DNA from: Octopus sinensis
Taxonomy: Eukaryota
NCBI RefSeq assembly: GCF_006345805.1
Contig: NC_043016.1
Location: 26,970,001 to 27,034,000, forward strand
Reading direction: 5' to 3'
DNA length: 64,000 bases
The position numbers and the translations under genes were made by a program. This document shows, piece after piece, positions 25,715-39,478 of this stretch (position 1 is its first letter; every line of letters starts with the position of its first letter). A model generated the notes under the pieces. That model had not been told where the DNA came from, searched no databases, and saw only the letters and a program-made list of their open reading frames with translations.

Positions 25715-27127
25715 CATTTTCTTCCCTCGGTTTATTTAAAACATTTTTTTCGTTGTCTTTAAAAAAAAAAAAAATTATTTGGAGTTAATTTCAATTACTG
25801 GAAAACGACAATTTTGTTTGTTTCCACCCATTTCATTTATTTGGCTGTAATTTTTCAAATCATGACTTCCAGCTGTCACTTGTAATCCGAACATTCCTTT
25901 GTTTAGTAAACAAGGAAGCAGTGTTATGGTATCAGGAAAAAGAAATAAAAAAAAAAAAAAATGTGTAACAAGTTAGTTTTTTTGCCCCATTTGCCTTCGC
26001 TCATTTTGTAACATAACATAAGCAGCCTCTTTGTATATGTCACGTTTGTATTCAATGAATCCTTATTTTAAAAGAAAGCTGTGTATGTGTAGAACACACA
26101 CACACACACACACAGACATATGTATGTATATGATATGTGCGCGTGCATTGCTTAAATCAAGTATTTTATGTATCTCTCACTCTCTGCTCACATTCATCTC
26201 ATTACATGCATGAATTTAGTCCATGTTAAGACATTCCTCTTCTTCTTTACAAACTATATCCGTACACTGTTTCTTTAAACAGATAACGCACAAATATGCG
26301 CCTACACACACACACGCACATTTAACTCCGTTTTTATTTTATTTCATTTTCCTCCCAAGCCGTATGGCTGAGTATTCGCAATTGTGTAAGTAGTTATCTA
26401 TTTATATATATATATATATGGAGGGGGGGCAGAAGTGAGAGTTGTGAGACATTTGGGGGCGACTTTTGTAGCTACCTACGCATTTACCAGTTTGATGCTC
26501 CACGTTCCTCGTATATGTTTAGTCATCTCATAGTTCTGAGTTTTTTTTTTTTTTTAAATAAAAACAGTTACTGTCTGTGAGTGACTACAGAACCGTCCGA
26601 ACCATGAGTCACTTGCTCAATATTGGGGTTCCTCTTCTTTTGAGGGATTAAAAAAAAATTTTGTTTGTTAACGGTCATCGGCTTATGGATTCTTTATGCC
26701 TACACATGCATATATGTGTTTCTTTATGCCTACACATGCACACTAATGTTGAGTTTAACGAACAGGAGAAAACGTACTCAATATCAAATTTATTTAGGTT
26801 AATCCAGCGATCTGTCACTGTTATAGAGTAAGCTGTTCTTTCAGCTGACTGAGGAATTAGTTGCACGTCAGGGCATTAAGTGTGTGTATTAATACAAATA
26901 CAAACAACCAAAGTCCAATGGACATTCACAATTAATGTTGTTAGGTTGGCACTCCAAGAAGAAATAGAAGTTGTGAAGTAAAAATATAGCGTTTTGACAG
27001 TCCTTCGTTGGACACTAGAGGGAAGACCGAGAAAGGAAGATCAAAACGAGTGACAGCACAAAACACACATGAATCTAGCTCACGTATGCGTGTATTATGT
27101 GTATGTGTGTCTATGCGTGTGTGTGTA

Positions 27128-27845
27128 TTATCATCCTTTAACGTCTGTTTTCTGTGCTAGTATGGGTTGGATGGATTGACCAGAGCTAGCAAGCTGGAGA
27201 GCTGCACCAAGTTCTAGTCAGATTTGGTTTGGTTTCTGTAGCTGGATGCCCTTCTTAACACTAACAACTTTACGGTGTGTGCTGTGTGCTTTTAACGTGG
27301 CATCACACAATTGCTTTTACATGGTACTGCATGAGTGCTTTTACAACATATGGCATGAGCGCAACTCTTGCAGGCCAATCCTCTTCAGTAGAGGGGACCG
27401 GCCTTAACACTTTTGCTGTGGAGGATGGGTCTTGAGTACAGCAAGGCACCAGGTATCTCGATCCTTTGTCAGCTCATCTGAGAGGTTCAGTGTTTGGAAG
27501 TCATTGTCCAGTATTTCATCGCATGTCTTCTTAGGACTCTCACCTCTGTGTTCCATCTACTTTGAGAGATCACTTCTTTATGGGGCTGTTGGCATCGATT
27601 CACATCACATGACTAAACCAGTGCAGTCTTCTCTTTTGCACACAGCAACTAATATTCCTTTTATGGCTCACTTCTCACTCAATACACCAGCACTCTGTCA
27701 AACTTATACACTTACATTACACATCCAGCAGGGCATGCTAGCCTTTGCATGTCCTCTGCGTTTGAAGCCCATGTCTCACTACCATGTAGAATTGCTGTTT
27801 GTATACATGCATCAGACAATCTTCCTTTTGCTCTGAGAGAAAAAC
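27128..27845 (-). mobile_element. RTE LINE 3' end including 3' UTR and (GAT)-like tail
   Basis: Minus strand PKKTCDEILDNDFQTLNLSDELTKDRDTW (RTE C-terminus), continuing into family C sequence. Confidence 0.8.
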
Positions 27846-27883
27846 CTTAAGTTGCCAAATATATTTTATATATATCTATATAT

Positions 27884-28275
27884 AGACGCAGGAGTGGCTG
27901 TGTGGTAAGTAGCTTGCTTACCAACCACATGGTTCCGGGTTCAGTCCCACTGCGTGCCATCTTGGGCAACTGTCTTCTGCTATAGCCCTGGGCCGACCAT
28001 GCCTTGTGAGTGGATTTGGTAGACGGAAACTGAAAGAAGCCTGTCGTATATATGTATGTATGTTCTTTTTCTTTGTGTGTCTGTGTTTGTCCCCCTAGCA
28101 TTGCTTGACAACCGATGCTGGTGTGTTTACGTTCCCCGTCACTTGCGGTTCGGCAAAAGAGACCGATAGAATAAGTACTGGGCTTACAAAGAATAAGTCC
28201 CGGGGTCGATTTGCTCGACTAAAGGCGGTGCTCCAGCATGGCCGCAGTCAAATGACTGAAACAAGTAAAAAGAGT
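27884..28275 (+). mobile_element. SINE family A, full length, little diverged
   Basis: Consensus-like with CpGs intact. Confidence 0.93.
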
Positions 28276-28649
28276 ATATATATATGTGTGTGTGTGTATG
28301 CACACAAGATATAATTATTGTTTGGATAGTTACATGCAGTTAAATATGGCTTACAAGTCATTGATTTTTGGATTGTTCACACTCATTAGATTATCTGGGT
28401 GGCATGAATGCTTTGACATTGAAAGGGTTAACAAGCTGAAATGATTTTTAACCTAACTTTTATATTTAACTCTAAGTGATTTAAATCAGGTGTGTCTGTC
28501 TGGTGTTGGATCAGTTGAGGTAATTAATTGTTGGGCTTATTTTGAGTTTAAAATTAGGAACATTACAGCCAAATACATGCTCATGTCTGCATATACATAC
28601 AGAAGCACAGATATACATGTAAAAAAAACAAACAAACTTTTGTCTGCTT

Positions 28650-28975
28650 TAGTCACTAGAATGTGGCTATGTTGAGGTTTCTTTTAAGGGTTTAGTCAAA
28701 CAAGCAGACCCTGGTACTTAAGTTTTAAACTGAACTCTTTCGCTGAACTACTTAATTATGGAGATATAAACAGACACTGATTGTTACATGGTGGGTTTGG
28801 AGGACAAACAAGGACACACACACACGTATATATATATGCACACAAGTACACAGTTTGTGTCTGCCACCAAATCCACTCACAAGGCTTTGGTTAACCTGAG
28901 GCTGTAGTAGAAGTCACCCAAGATGCCATGCAGTGGGATTGAACCTGAAACCATGTGCTTGGAAAGCAGAACACT
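28650..28975 (-). mobile_element. SINE family A, degraded
   Basis: Recognisable aatccactcacaaggctttgg and cagtgggattgaacc blocks. Confidence 0.7.
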
Positions 28976-31900
28976 TTAATAATGGGAATATTCTCACTTG
29001 TCTTCATTCAAATTTAGATAATCATGTTTAATTAGATTTAGAGCCTATGACTAATCTTATTAATCTGTAGTTTTCCTACAAAATGGTTAATGATTTTTTT
29101 CCCCCCTCATCTTACATTTATTGCCTCAAATTGAAGTCACCCTCATCATCATCGATTAATGTCTGTTTTTCATGCTGGCATGGGTTGGATTATTTGACAG
29201 GACCCACAGAGTTGCATCATGCTCCTTCTTGGGTTTTGGCTTCGTTTCTATGACTCGATGCTCCTAATGCCACATATTGAGTGCGTTTTTATGTGCCACT
29301 GGCACTGGTGAAGCAGTCAGTTAGCTTGTAAGACAAAAACAAAAGGGGAAAAGGGAAAGTGCTCTTGACTAAGTGGGGGTTGTATTTTAAAGGGTGGAAA
29401 GGTAGCTTTATACTAGGGACAAGCAACAGTGTCTGTGGCTTAAGTTGGTTATATTTGGGAATCCAACTGTAAAATCTTATGTCTGCTCTGATAGGACTCT
29501 ACAGAGGATGTGCCTGAGAACTCTTCCTCCCATAACCATCCCAGGAATAATGATTTGAGGGTTCTCAGCATCCAGGGTGCGAGGGGATACACCAATGTTG
29601 CCTTGAAGCTCTGCACTTGTATGCATGTATGTTTTGCAATTAGTACAAGAAAATTTTTTTAATACACACTTGAAAATCCTGTGCATTTGGTTAGGTGATC
29701 AATAAAGCATTTGAGCAATGAGTACTTTGCATGGATGTTCACATATTTTGCAAAGGCAGACAGTTTGCACACAATATGAATTTCTGTGCACATCTACAGC
29801 AAAAAGTTAGATGAAGCATTGGTGTAGGAGACAAGGAAACTTTTGGTACCCTCTCTTGCTCACCTTATTTAACAAGTATGATTCTCCAGAGGTTATTTTA
29901 TGCTTCTTCACACATGTTCCCAGGAGGCTGGTGAGTGCAGCTCCACCTATGTATAGTTTTATGTGGCATAATATAAAAGGACTGTAAATACCACACAAAA
30001 AAAAAATTAGTTTAGCTCTTTCTCTCTCCTTTTACTTAAAACTAAGTAGTGTAAGGCATCTAGTTCAGGCTCACTGCCATTTCTACCAACTTGATACCCT
30101 ATATACAATTTCTTTTTTTTTTTTAAACTGATACTTAAGAAATCACGAGTTACACATTCCCTGATCCTCAGGTAACATGAAACTAGTTAACTTTTGAAGT
30201 TTCAGCTTCAAAATTTAATGTGTGTGTTAAATATGTTTGTGTATGTGTGTGTGTGTGAAATGATATGTTTATCTGTGTGTGTTTGTATAAACTTGTATTA
30301 AATCATTTTTATTTATTAGTAAGCACATATGTTTACTTAATTGTACACACACGAAGAACAATATTTAGAGAAGTCTTGGTCATAAGATGTATTCAGATAA
30401 TCTCACTTGACTGTTATTGTAAAATATGTCTCATGCTCTCAAACACATACACACATGATTACTAAGACTTTACCAAATAGTTGTAAGTTCGTGTTGGGTA
30501 CTGAGAGGTTTCACACGTAAATCCTATATTTCTTTAACCCACTTAGATACTAGCAACAAGTACCAGATCATGTGAGGACAGTTGCCTGTAAGATAGGTAT
30601 TTTATTCCAGGGAGTGATTTATCCTATTCTCTCTGTTTTTGAACATTATCCACATTCTACATTACCAAGGTACACTTATGTCAGGAATAGGTTATCTGTG
30701 ACAGTAGCATCTTACCTTGGCAAATATTTACCTTTGTCTTCTAAGTCATGTTTCTGTACACAACACCATATTAAGTCAATCCTCTTTTGCATCAGTGATA
30801 GGTGATGTCTTATCATAGTGGAGATCTATCTCCCATCCGCTGTTGTTTTTGTACTGAACACTGCCCTACATTACCATAGTTCACTTAAGTATTGAGATTA
30901 GGTACCTGATAACAAACCAGTATAGGGGCTTCCAAGCGGTCTCCAACCTCTTACGAAGAGCAGACAGATCTCCTTTAAATCTCATTCTGCTGCCTTCTTC
31001 CTTTAGCATTTAAACTAACCATATCTGGCCCAAATATTTCTACCTGTTTTATGTTCAAACTGGTCATATCCAGCCTCTCACACTTAGCCTACAGTGTCAT
31101 CATTGACATCTCAAGTTAATGCATGAGTAATTCAAAACAATGTGAATAATGAGCATTACATTTGACAGTGATATCTGAATGCCAAAAGGTTGACAAGTGC
31201 ACATTTAGATAATGTAGCGCTTGGTAGGCAAGGTTTAAAAAAAAATAGGTGGTCATAGCTGAAATGCTTTTGATAATCCTTTCTACTAATGACACAATGC
31301 CTGAAATTTGCCTAAGGCCTGAGGTCAATTACATTGACCACAGTGTTTCCTGAAAGGATGAAAGGCAGCCTCAGTGGAATTTGAACTCAATGCATGGCAA
31401 CATGAAATAACGCTAAGCATTTTATCAAACCTGCTAATGATTCTGCTACTTGCTACTTTAGAAATGCTTTTGATAATGGTCTGATTGATAATGTTGTTTA
31501 ACACCTGGTTAGTTCTGACCCAGCACTCATGATCAAGGAAAGCCATTCCACTTATGGCCATCCATTTCCATTTTATTCTTCCAAGATTATATATCTAGAG
31601 ACTGTATTATACACAGTATTTCTTTTTTAAGATAGTAGAATCTGATTTTAGGAAGATATTTGTCTATTTCTATCAGGTTGGGCAACCACATTGTGGAATC
31701 TCTTGTTAATTCATACTATGTTCTGAACCAGATAATAATTCTTGCCTGCTTTTGTGTCCATTTCCCACAAATTACTGAGTTATTGGTGAGGTATTGTTTT
31801 ACATCTGGATGCTTCTTATCACGAACCTTTGCATGCTTTTTTTGGTTGAAGGATATCTTAATCTTCACATCTTTGAATTCACAAAGCTAGTGAGTGATTT

Positions 31901-32902
31901 GCTGGCAGAAGTGGCTTAGTGATTTTTCAGAAAGGCACATATGTAAACACACACATACACACACTTCAGTTTCGGTCTCTCAAGTTCACTCAAACTGTTT
32001 AGGTTGGCCTGGAGTCTTAACTGGAGGCACTTGCCTACGGTGCCATGTAATGTGACTAAATCTGAAACCATATGCCTGGGAAGCAAATTTCTTAACCACA
32101 CATCCCTGCCTGTTCCAAATCTGTTGATATCAGTGCTAATTTAGTATCTATCTACTCTTTAAACTAGTTGTTGTTAAATGTTTATGAGGAGGGCTTCATG
32201 GGATGGTTGCTTTTAAACTTGTAACATTGACACTTAACACCGTTTATATATTTTTGTGTTGTTATTTTAAATTTGTCTGGGTTATAGTGTCATTAGAGTA
32301 ACAGCCTAAATATACTGTTGTTTTAGTTTTATCCCTTCAGTGACTCATGTTTAAATTACTTCGGGGTAGACATGTATCTCCTTTATATTAAGACATCTGT
32401 TTTTGTTTCCTTATCATATTTTAGCCTCTCAATACCTGGTGTTAAGCCTCCTCCTCTTCCCAAATACTCCTCTCACATTTAATTGTGGAGGTTTTTTTTT
32501 CTGTCTTGCAAATTACTTGGCAACCTCACTAGTGCTGGTGGCACAAAAATAACATCCAGTACACACTGAAGTGGTTGGCATTAGGAAAGGCATCTGGCTG
32601 TAGAAACTAAGACAGAACTGACATTGGAGCTTCACACAGCTCTGTGGTTCACCAGATGTTGTCAAGCCATTTAGCCCATGCCATGATGAGGGATGAACAT
32701 TTAACAGATGATGGCTGAATCATGGCTGAATCATGGCTGAATCATGTGATTTCAAGCTCTTGTAAAATGTTTGATGGGTAAACAGTTTTTTTGGTTTTGT
32801 TTTAAATGTTAAGTATCAGATGTAATTGATAATTCAAACATTAACCTGTTCTGTATCCTGGTAATTAATAATAGAGAGAGAGAAAAAAAAAATTACACAA
32901 TT

Positions 32903-33445
32903 AGGTATAAGCATGGCTGTGTGGTTAAAAAGCTTGCTTTGCAACCAAATGATTTCAGGTTCAGTTCCACTGTGTGACACTTTGGACACATTTTTCCTTA
33001 TTTCTTTATAACCCACAAGGGGCTAAACACAGAGGGGATAAACAAGGACTGACAAAGGGATTAAGTCGATTACATCAACCCCAGTGCATAACTGGTACTT
33101 AATTTATCGACCCAGAAAGGATGAAAGTTAAAGTTGAACTCAGAACGTAACGGCAGACGAAATACTGCTAAGCATTTCGCCTGGCGTGCTAACGTCTGCC
33201 CGACTGCCACCTTGGACATATGTTTTCTACTATAGTCCTGGACTAACCAATGTCTTATGAGTGAATTTGGTAGATAGGAACTTTGTGTGTGTCCCACACT
33301 GTTTGACAACTGGTGTCGGCAAAAGAGACCAATAGAATAAATATCAAAATTAAAAATAACTTCTGGAGTGATTTGTTCAACTAAATCCTTCAAGGCAGTG
33401 CCCCGGTATGGCTGCTGTCCAATGATTGAAACAAGTGAAAGATAG
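32903..33445 (+). mobile_element. SINE family A variant with a nested family B copy (33003-33200, minus)
   Basis: Family A head resumes after the insertion with a duplicated ttggacaca/ttggacata. Confidence 0.8.
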
Positions 33446-33687
33446 ATATATTTCAAGTATCTTTTATAACTGGTATATTTTATAATTCTTGTAAATTTGT
33501 TGCATATATCAGCTACATCCAGTTCAAATATTCTGCCTGTTTTATGTTCAAACTAGCCAGATCCAGCCTCTCACACTTAACATACAATGTCATTCAAAAT
33601 ATTGTAATCACATCATGATTAATTCAAAGCAATGTAAATAAATAAGCATCAAATTTGACAGAGTAATCTGAATGCTAAAGGGTTAAA

Positions 33688-33902
33688 TTTCTTTTCTTTC
33701 TTTCATTTGTTTGTCATTTGACTGCGGCCATGCTGGAGCACCGCCTTTAGTCGAGTAAATCAACCCCAGGACTTATTCTTTGTAAGCCTAGTACTTATTC
33801 TATCAGTCTCTCTTTTGCCGAACTGCTAAGTGACAGGGATGTAAACACACCAGTATCGGTTGTCAAGCGATGTTGGGAGGACAGACACACAAACAAAAAC
33901 AT

Positions 33903-33937
<35 letters not shown>

Positions 33938-34052
33938 ATGGGCTTCTTTCAGTTTCTGTCTACCATATCCACTCACAAAGCTTTCGTTGGCCCGAGGCTA
34001 TAGAAAACACTTGCCCAAGGTGCCCAAGCTACTTACCACACAGCCACTCCTG
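33688..34052 (-). mobile_element. SINE family A
   Basis: Consensus match with an internal deletion in the head. Confidence 0.88.
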
Positions 34053-34807
34053 TGGAATAATTTTTTTTTTTATCCTAGATTACTTGTTTTTAAAATTTGT
34101 TTTCTGTATTAAGATACAATGTTTGAGAAGTTAAGGTACTGACATGGTGGTCACATTGTAGATAATTAAAATCTTGCTGTTTACAGCCAATGACTGCCTT
34201 GAGATGCTCAAAGAGTGAACAGTAAGACCGGTGTTTCTGGCTGATTAAATGGGAAGCACCAGGGGCACATGGCACAAATTAATCCCGAAACCCAGTTTTC
34301 AGTGATGTTATAGTACTATTATAATCCTTTAGTATATAATGCAGTCATATCTGGACCAAATATTTTAAGTTGTTTTATGTTAAAATCAATCATACCCAAC
34401 CTCTCATATCTACCCTACAATGTCATTCTAAAAATACACAAACACATTGAAATTTTGAAGCTACAAGATAATGTGATTAATTCAAAACAATGTGAATAAA
34501 TAAGCAATGTATTTGACAAAGAAATCTGAATGCTAAGAGGTTAAACAGTAAAATAATGTTGGGTTTAACTGCAGTAAATAATTTCCTTGGAAAAGAATTA
34601 ACACATGTTATTGCTAAAAATTTAGAGGATCAGCATTACTATTATTAGCTTTCTTTTAGCACTCACTAGAGACTATAGTTTGGGATTTTCTTGTACTGCA
34701 TTCCTAACAATAGACATCTGTTAATTCCCCGTCCAGTGTACTTACCATCATCTGAATTTTTTAAATACAAAAATAGTAAGAAGACATTGAATATGCAAAG
34801 TATGAAC

Positions 34808-35185
34808 AGGCACAGGAGTGGCTGAGTGGTAAGTAGCTTGCTTACCAACCACATGGTTCTGAGTTCAGTCCCACTGCTTGGCACCTTGAGCAAGTGTCTT
34901 CTACTATAGCCTTGGACCGACCAAAGCCTTGTGAGTGGATTTGGTAGACAGAAACTGAAAGAAGCCCATCATATATGTGTGTGTGTGTATCTGTGTTTGT
35001 CCCCCCAACATCGCTTGACAACCGATGCTGGTGTGTCTATGTCCCCGTAACTTAGGGGTTCGGCAAAAGAGAACGATAGAATAAGTACTAGGTTTACAAA
35101 GAATAAGTCCTGGGGTCGATTTGCTCGACTAAAAGGTGGTGCTACAGCATGGCCACAGTCAAATAATTGAAACAAGTAAAAGGGT
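34808..35185 (+). mobile_element. SINE family A
   Basis: Full-length consensus match. Confidence 0.92.
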
Positions 35186-35699
35186 ATGTATTGAAGCTAT
35201 GCATTAATGAACTGTTGAGGAACCTCATTTGTTCATGAGCCAGTCAATTTGTTAGAAATAATAAACGAAAGCTACAAAATGTTCAAATTAAACCTACCTC
35301 GAGGAAAAATGAACGCATCTGATAAGTTTGTTCTAAATATGCAATATCGAAAGACAGGATGGTCATGGCTGGAACACCTTTGTTTATATAAATATTTTTA
35401 GTCAATCTACGATCAATTATGTTTGCCTGAGATTTCTGACTTGAAAATCATAGAAGGCATTTATTAAAACTAACTTCCATAAGAAAACTATCTTTGGGTA
35501 GATCCTTTGCAAAATACCAGCCTGGAACTATAAAATGTTATTACCAAAGTAAGTTCATACCTTAAATGAACATTTGCTTTCTAAGTTGACACATTTTGAT
35601 AATTGAATTATTGCTGTAATTGACCAGGCAATCAATCCATCAAGAAAAACTGCTCTTTCATAGAAGAAAAAAAAAAAAGCCTAGGAATTGCCTATATAC

Positions 35700-36030
35700 A
35701 ACAACAGTGTATGAACACTGATCAATGACCTTATGAACAAAGTGGAAATATGTTATGGGTCTGCCTGGTGTATCACATGTGTAATAAATGTTGGGAACAT
35801 ATATCAGAAGCACCAGTTTCTAACTGCATTTAACCTCTATTGTAAGACACACTGATACAAAATCTGGAGAGATGTTGTAACCAAGATATTATAGCCACCA
35901 TCACAGCCACATTATGGAATCTTAGAAATTTTCGAATTTCTTGTTCTTATCAAACCCACCATCAACAACAGACAAGAGCTGTGTGATATGTTCAATGTAA
36001 TGCTACCCAATTTGCATACATCACAACTAC
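35700..36030 (+). mobile_element. Highly degraded GIY-YIG endonuclease remnant of a Penelope-like element
   Basis: Broken frames give CNKC, GTYIRST (cf. YIGST) and EFLVLIKPTINNRQE (cf. C-terminal KP.IN). Confidence 0.45.
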
Positions 36031-36230
36031 CTATTTTCCACACGTGTATCATAATTAAGCTCATTCTTTTTTTCTCTTGATAAAGGATTTTTAAGGTCTT
36101 AATTACATATGAGGAAGTGTTTTTTTTTTTTTTACTTTAGAGTTTGTTTTCTCTCTTTTTCCCAACTTTGTAGTAGCATTCTAAAACACTTTTAAATATG
36201 GTTATATATACACACACACACACACACACA

Positions 36231-36322
<92 letters not shown>

Positions 36323-36462
36323 CAACTTATAAATAAGGGCAAACGAAAAATTTCTAATGCCAAAAATTGGACATATTGTCCATTTACCATATCATTTTTT
36401 CCCCAGTACGCACACTACTCGAAAAAAGGCCGACAGAAATCTCTAAGAATTCCATTATTACC

Positions 36463-36518
36463 ATATCGGACCGATTTCAGGGTTAGTTCAAAAAGAACCC
36501 TCCCTTCGTCAGTGATAC
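36463..36518 (-). ncRNA. Hammerhead ribozyme motif (left-arm copy)
   Basis: Reverse complement of 36560-36615. Confidence 0.75.
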
Positions 36519-36559
36519 ATGTGGTATGAGTAAGTATCTCATTTACTTCTTTGCCACAT

Positions 36560-36615
36560 GTATCACTGACGAAGGGAGGGTTCTTTTTGAACTAACCCTG
36601 AAATCGGTCCGATAT
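36560..36615 (+). ncRNA. Type I hammerhead ribozyme motif
   Basis: GTATCA-CTGACGA-AGGG..GTTC/GAAC..CCCT-GAAA-TCGG-TC-CGATAT; GUC site; A.C mismatch at the first stem I pair. Confidence 0.78.
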
Positions 36616-38019
36616 GGTAATAATGGAATTTTTTAGAGATTTCTGTCGGGCCTTTTTTCGAGTAGTGTGCGTGCTGGGAAAAAAAATGATATGGTAAATG
36701 GACAATATGTCCAATTTTCGGCATATTTGGCATTAGAAATTTTTTCGTTTGCCCTTATTTATAAGTTGTTTATAATTTAACCTTTAAAGGTATTTTTTAA
36801 TATGCTGGCCATTGATAAAATTTTTTTTGGGAAAAAATTTTATCCTACATTATATATATATATATATATTTGTTTTTTTTTTTTCAATGACTCTGAAAAA
36901 TTTTTTTTTCTGTTTAGCATTATACATAGCTTCATGCATAGTTTTTCTGTCTCCCAAATCTTTCTCTGTTCCCCTCCCCCCTCCCCCCCCCCCCCCCCCG
37001 GGCTCCTTCCTCCTCCCCATCCTGCAAAAAGGAAAAGAGAAAAAGAACCTATAACAAAAACAGATTACTGAAACTAGGCTAGTTTCTGGTGCTGCTTGCT
37101 ATTATTATTGTAATAACTTGAAAAGAAAAAGGAAAAAGCAACTGAAAACAGACTAATGTGACTCTTTTCATTCACTAAACTTTGTTCTTTTGGTGGAGTT
37201 TATTGTTTGTTTTTATTTCCACCCCCTTTTGTCTTTCACATCTTCCTTCTACCACTGACTGGCTCTGTACACCCCCCCACCATGATCTCCCATTCTCCAT
37301 CACACTAATTGCCCCAACCTCTTGGATAGGGTGGGATTCAGGGAACATAGTATGCCTTGCAGAATATTCTCCACTCCCCTCTCTCTTAAATACTGTTGCT
37401 CTTTCTCTCCTACACATACACACACATTTTAGGGTCAAATCTCTTGTAATCTTGCTAAGTTTCATTCAGTTATCTGTTCCTCTTCTTCCCCTCCTTACAC
37501 CTTCATTTAGTATATTCTCTCTCTCTCTCCATTATTTTCTTTTCTCCCTTCCTACTGTTAGGGAGACAGCTAAATTGGGAAAGAATGAGGGGTAGGTGAG
37601 AGGGGAAGGGAGAATTGCTCCACTCCGACCCCACCCCTTACGCACTGTCAATAATTTAAGAGGAAATATAAACCAAAGTTTCAGAAAAGTAGTGGTGGTC
37701 TGTATGTGGGTTGGTGGGTAGGGGAAAATAAGTTAATAACCTGCAAATCTGAATTGGTTTCATACTCTTATATCATGGTAAATATTTGAATTCCTATAAT
37801 TTCAAGCAAATGTAAGGACCTCTCTTTATTTAGATTTGGGTAGTAGCAGCTGAGACACTTGGTCCCTTAATCCTTGACCAGAAAATCTCTCCCTCTCTCT
37901 TCACACATTTTGTGAATAATAGCATTGTTATTGGTTTTCTAACTGAACAGATCCTGTTTCTCTGCATTATTTCTAATATTGACAGTGACGCAGTTAATAC
38001 CACAAGGCATTTTCATTCA

Positions 38020-39205
38020 AATGCGCTGTCACGGGTGCCTCATATGGCACTGGCATGTGTGTCTGATACGTGGCACTGGCTTTGATGCCTTTTACATGGC
38101 ACCGGCTCTGGTGCCTTTTATGTAACACCAGCACCCACATGACAGGATCCTCCCAGCTGAAGGGAGGATGGACCTGTGGAGTATGACTGTAAAAACATAT
38201 CTATATGTATGGATGGCTACGGTGATTTTACTGAGCTTGACAATGACTTTGCTAGAAGTCTCAATCACTTATCTCCTCTGTGAGGCCCAAAGTCTGAAAA
38301 TCCTCTTTCACCATTTCGTCCCACATCTTCCTGGGTCTACCCCTTCCACAAGTTCCCTCCACAATTAGACAAAGCTGTCTTCATTCATATGCATCATTTG
38401 GCCATACCACTGCAGTCTTCTCTCTTACACACTTCAACTGATGCCTCTTGTACTCAATTTTACTCTTTAATCCATTACTCACTGTCATTACCCATCCAGC
38501 AGAGCATGCTGGCTTCGGCTTCATTTCTTTCAAGCCTTTGCATGTCCTCTGTAGTCACTGCCCATATTTCACTGCCACATAGCATAGTTTGTACATACAC
38601 AGGCATCCTACAATCTGCCTTTCACTCTTAGGGGGGGGGGTCCTTTGTTACTAGCAAAGGTAGTAGTTCTTTGAACTTTGTCCAGCATGTTCTTATTCTA
38701 GCAACTATGCTTTAAAGCATCCTCTTCCTCTGATAACTTGGTTACCTAGGTAACATAAGCTATGTACTTCTAACAACCACTCCCAACATTTGATGAAGTT
38801 TATTCTTTGCACATCCTTAGTGTTCATTGTAACTGCACATCTACCACACACAAAGACTTTCTCTGTTAACCTTCCCGTGACACCACTGCTCCTCTTATGT
38901 CTTCATAGCATGCACTGGGTATCCTAGCACCCACTACACTCACAGAGTGGTTGGCGTTAGGAAGGGCATCCAGCTGTAGAAACACTGCCAGATCAGACTG
39001 GGCCTAGTGCAGCCTTCTGGCTTCCCAGACCCCAGTTGAACCGTCCAACCCATGTTAGCATGGAAAGCGGACGTTAAATGATGATGATGATCTACCTGAA
39101 GGGATTTGTGATTTGTCTGTTTTCCTACTTGCTAGAACTTTGGTCTTAGCTAAATTGACTCTAAGGCCCTTAGATTCTAGACCTTGCTTCCACACCTGAA
39201 ATTTA
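38020..39205 (-). mobile_element. Degraded RTE LINE 3' part with a nested family C copy (38928-39090, plus)
   Basis: Minus strand PRKMWDEMVKE motif, similar to 27128-27845. Confidence 0.75.
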
Positions 39206-39297
39206 GTACGTTAATTCTTATACCCTTTTCTTTCTATTCTCTTAACAATTCCACTTGTCATTTTCTGTTAATCTGGTTATATTATGTATTGATGAAG

Positions 39298-39478
39298 TGA
39301 GTGAGCTGGCAGAATCATTAGAAAGATTACATGCTGAGTTCAAATCCCACTGAGATAATTTTTGCCTTTTATCCTTTTGGGATTGATAATATAAAATACC
39401 ATTTAAATACTGGAGTCGATGTAGTCAACTTATGCCTTCTCCCTAAAATTGATGATCTTGCGTCAAAAGTTGAAATCA
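39298..39478 (+). mobile_element. SINE family B, degraded
   Basis: gagctggcagaatc, gagttcaaatccc and gccttttatcc blocks. Confidence 0.7.

Larger units (their letters stand above)
36322..36850. mobile_element. Fold-back PLE-like element: inverted arms plus right tail
   Basis: Arms 36322-36524 and 36554-36769 are near-perfect reverse complements with a 29-bp spacer; tail runs to (TA)n; left flank (CA)(TC)(TA)n. Confidence 0.85.

Noticed and set aside
27847-28314. Recurrent SINE-derived peptides such as SGTEPGTMWLVSKLLTTQ
   Set aside because: Chance frames in the SINE consensus, frameshifted between copies.
32711-32745. Three copies of atggctgaatc
   Set aside because: Local slippage duplication at a retroelement tail with no further structure.
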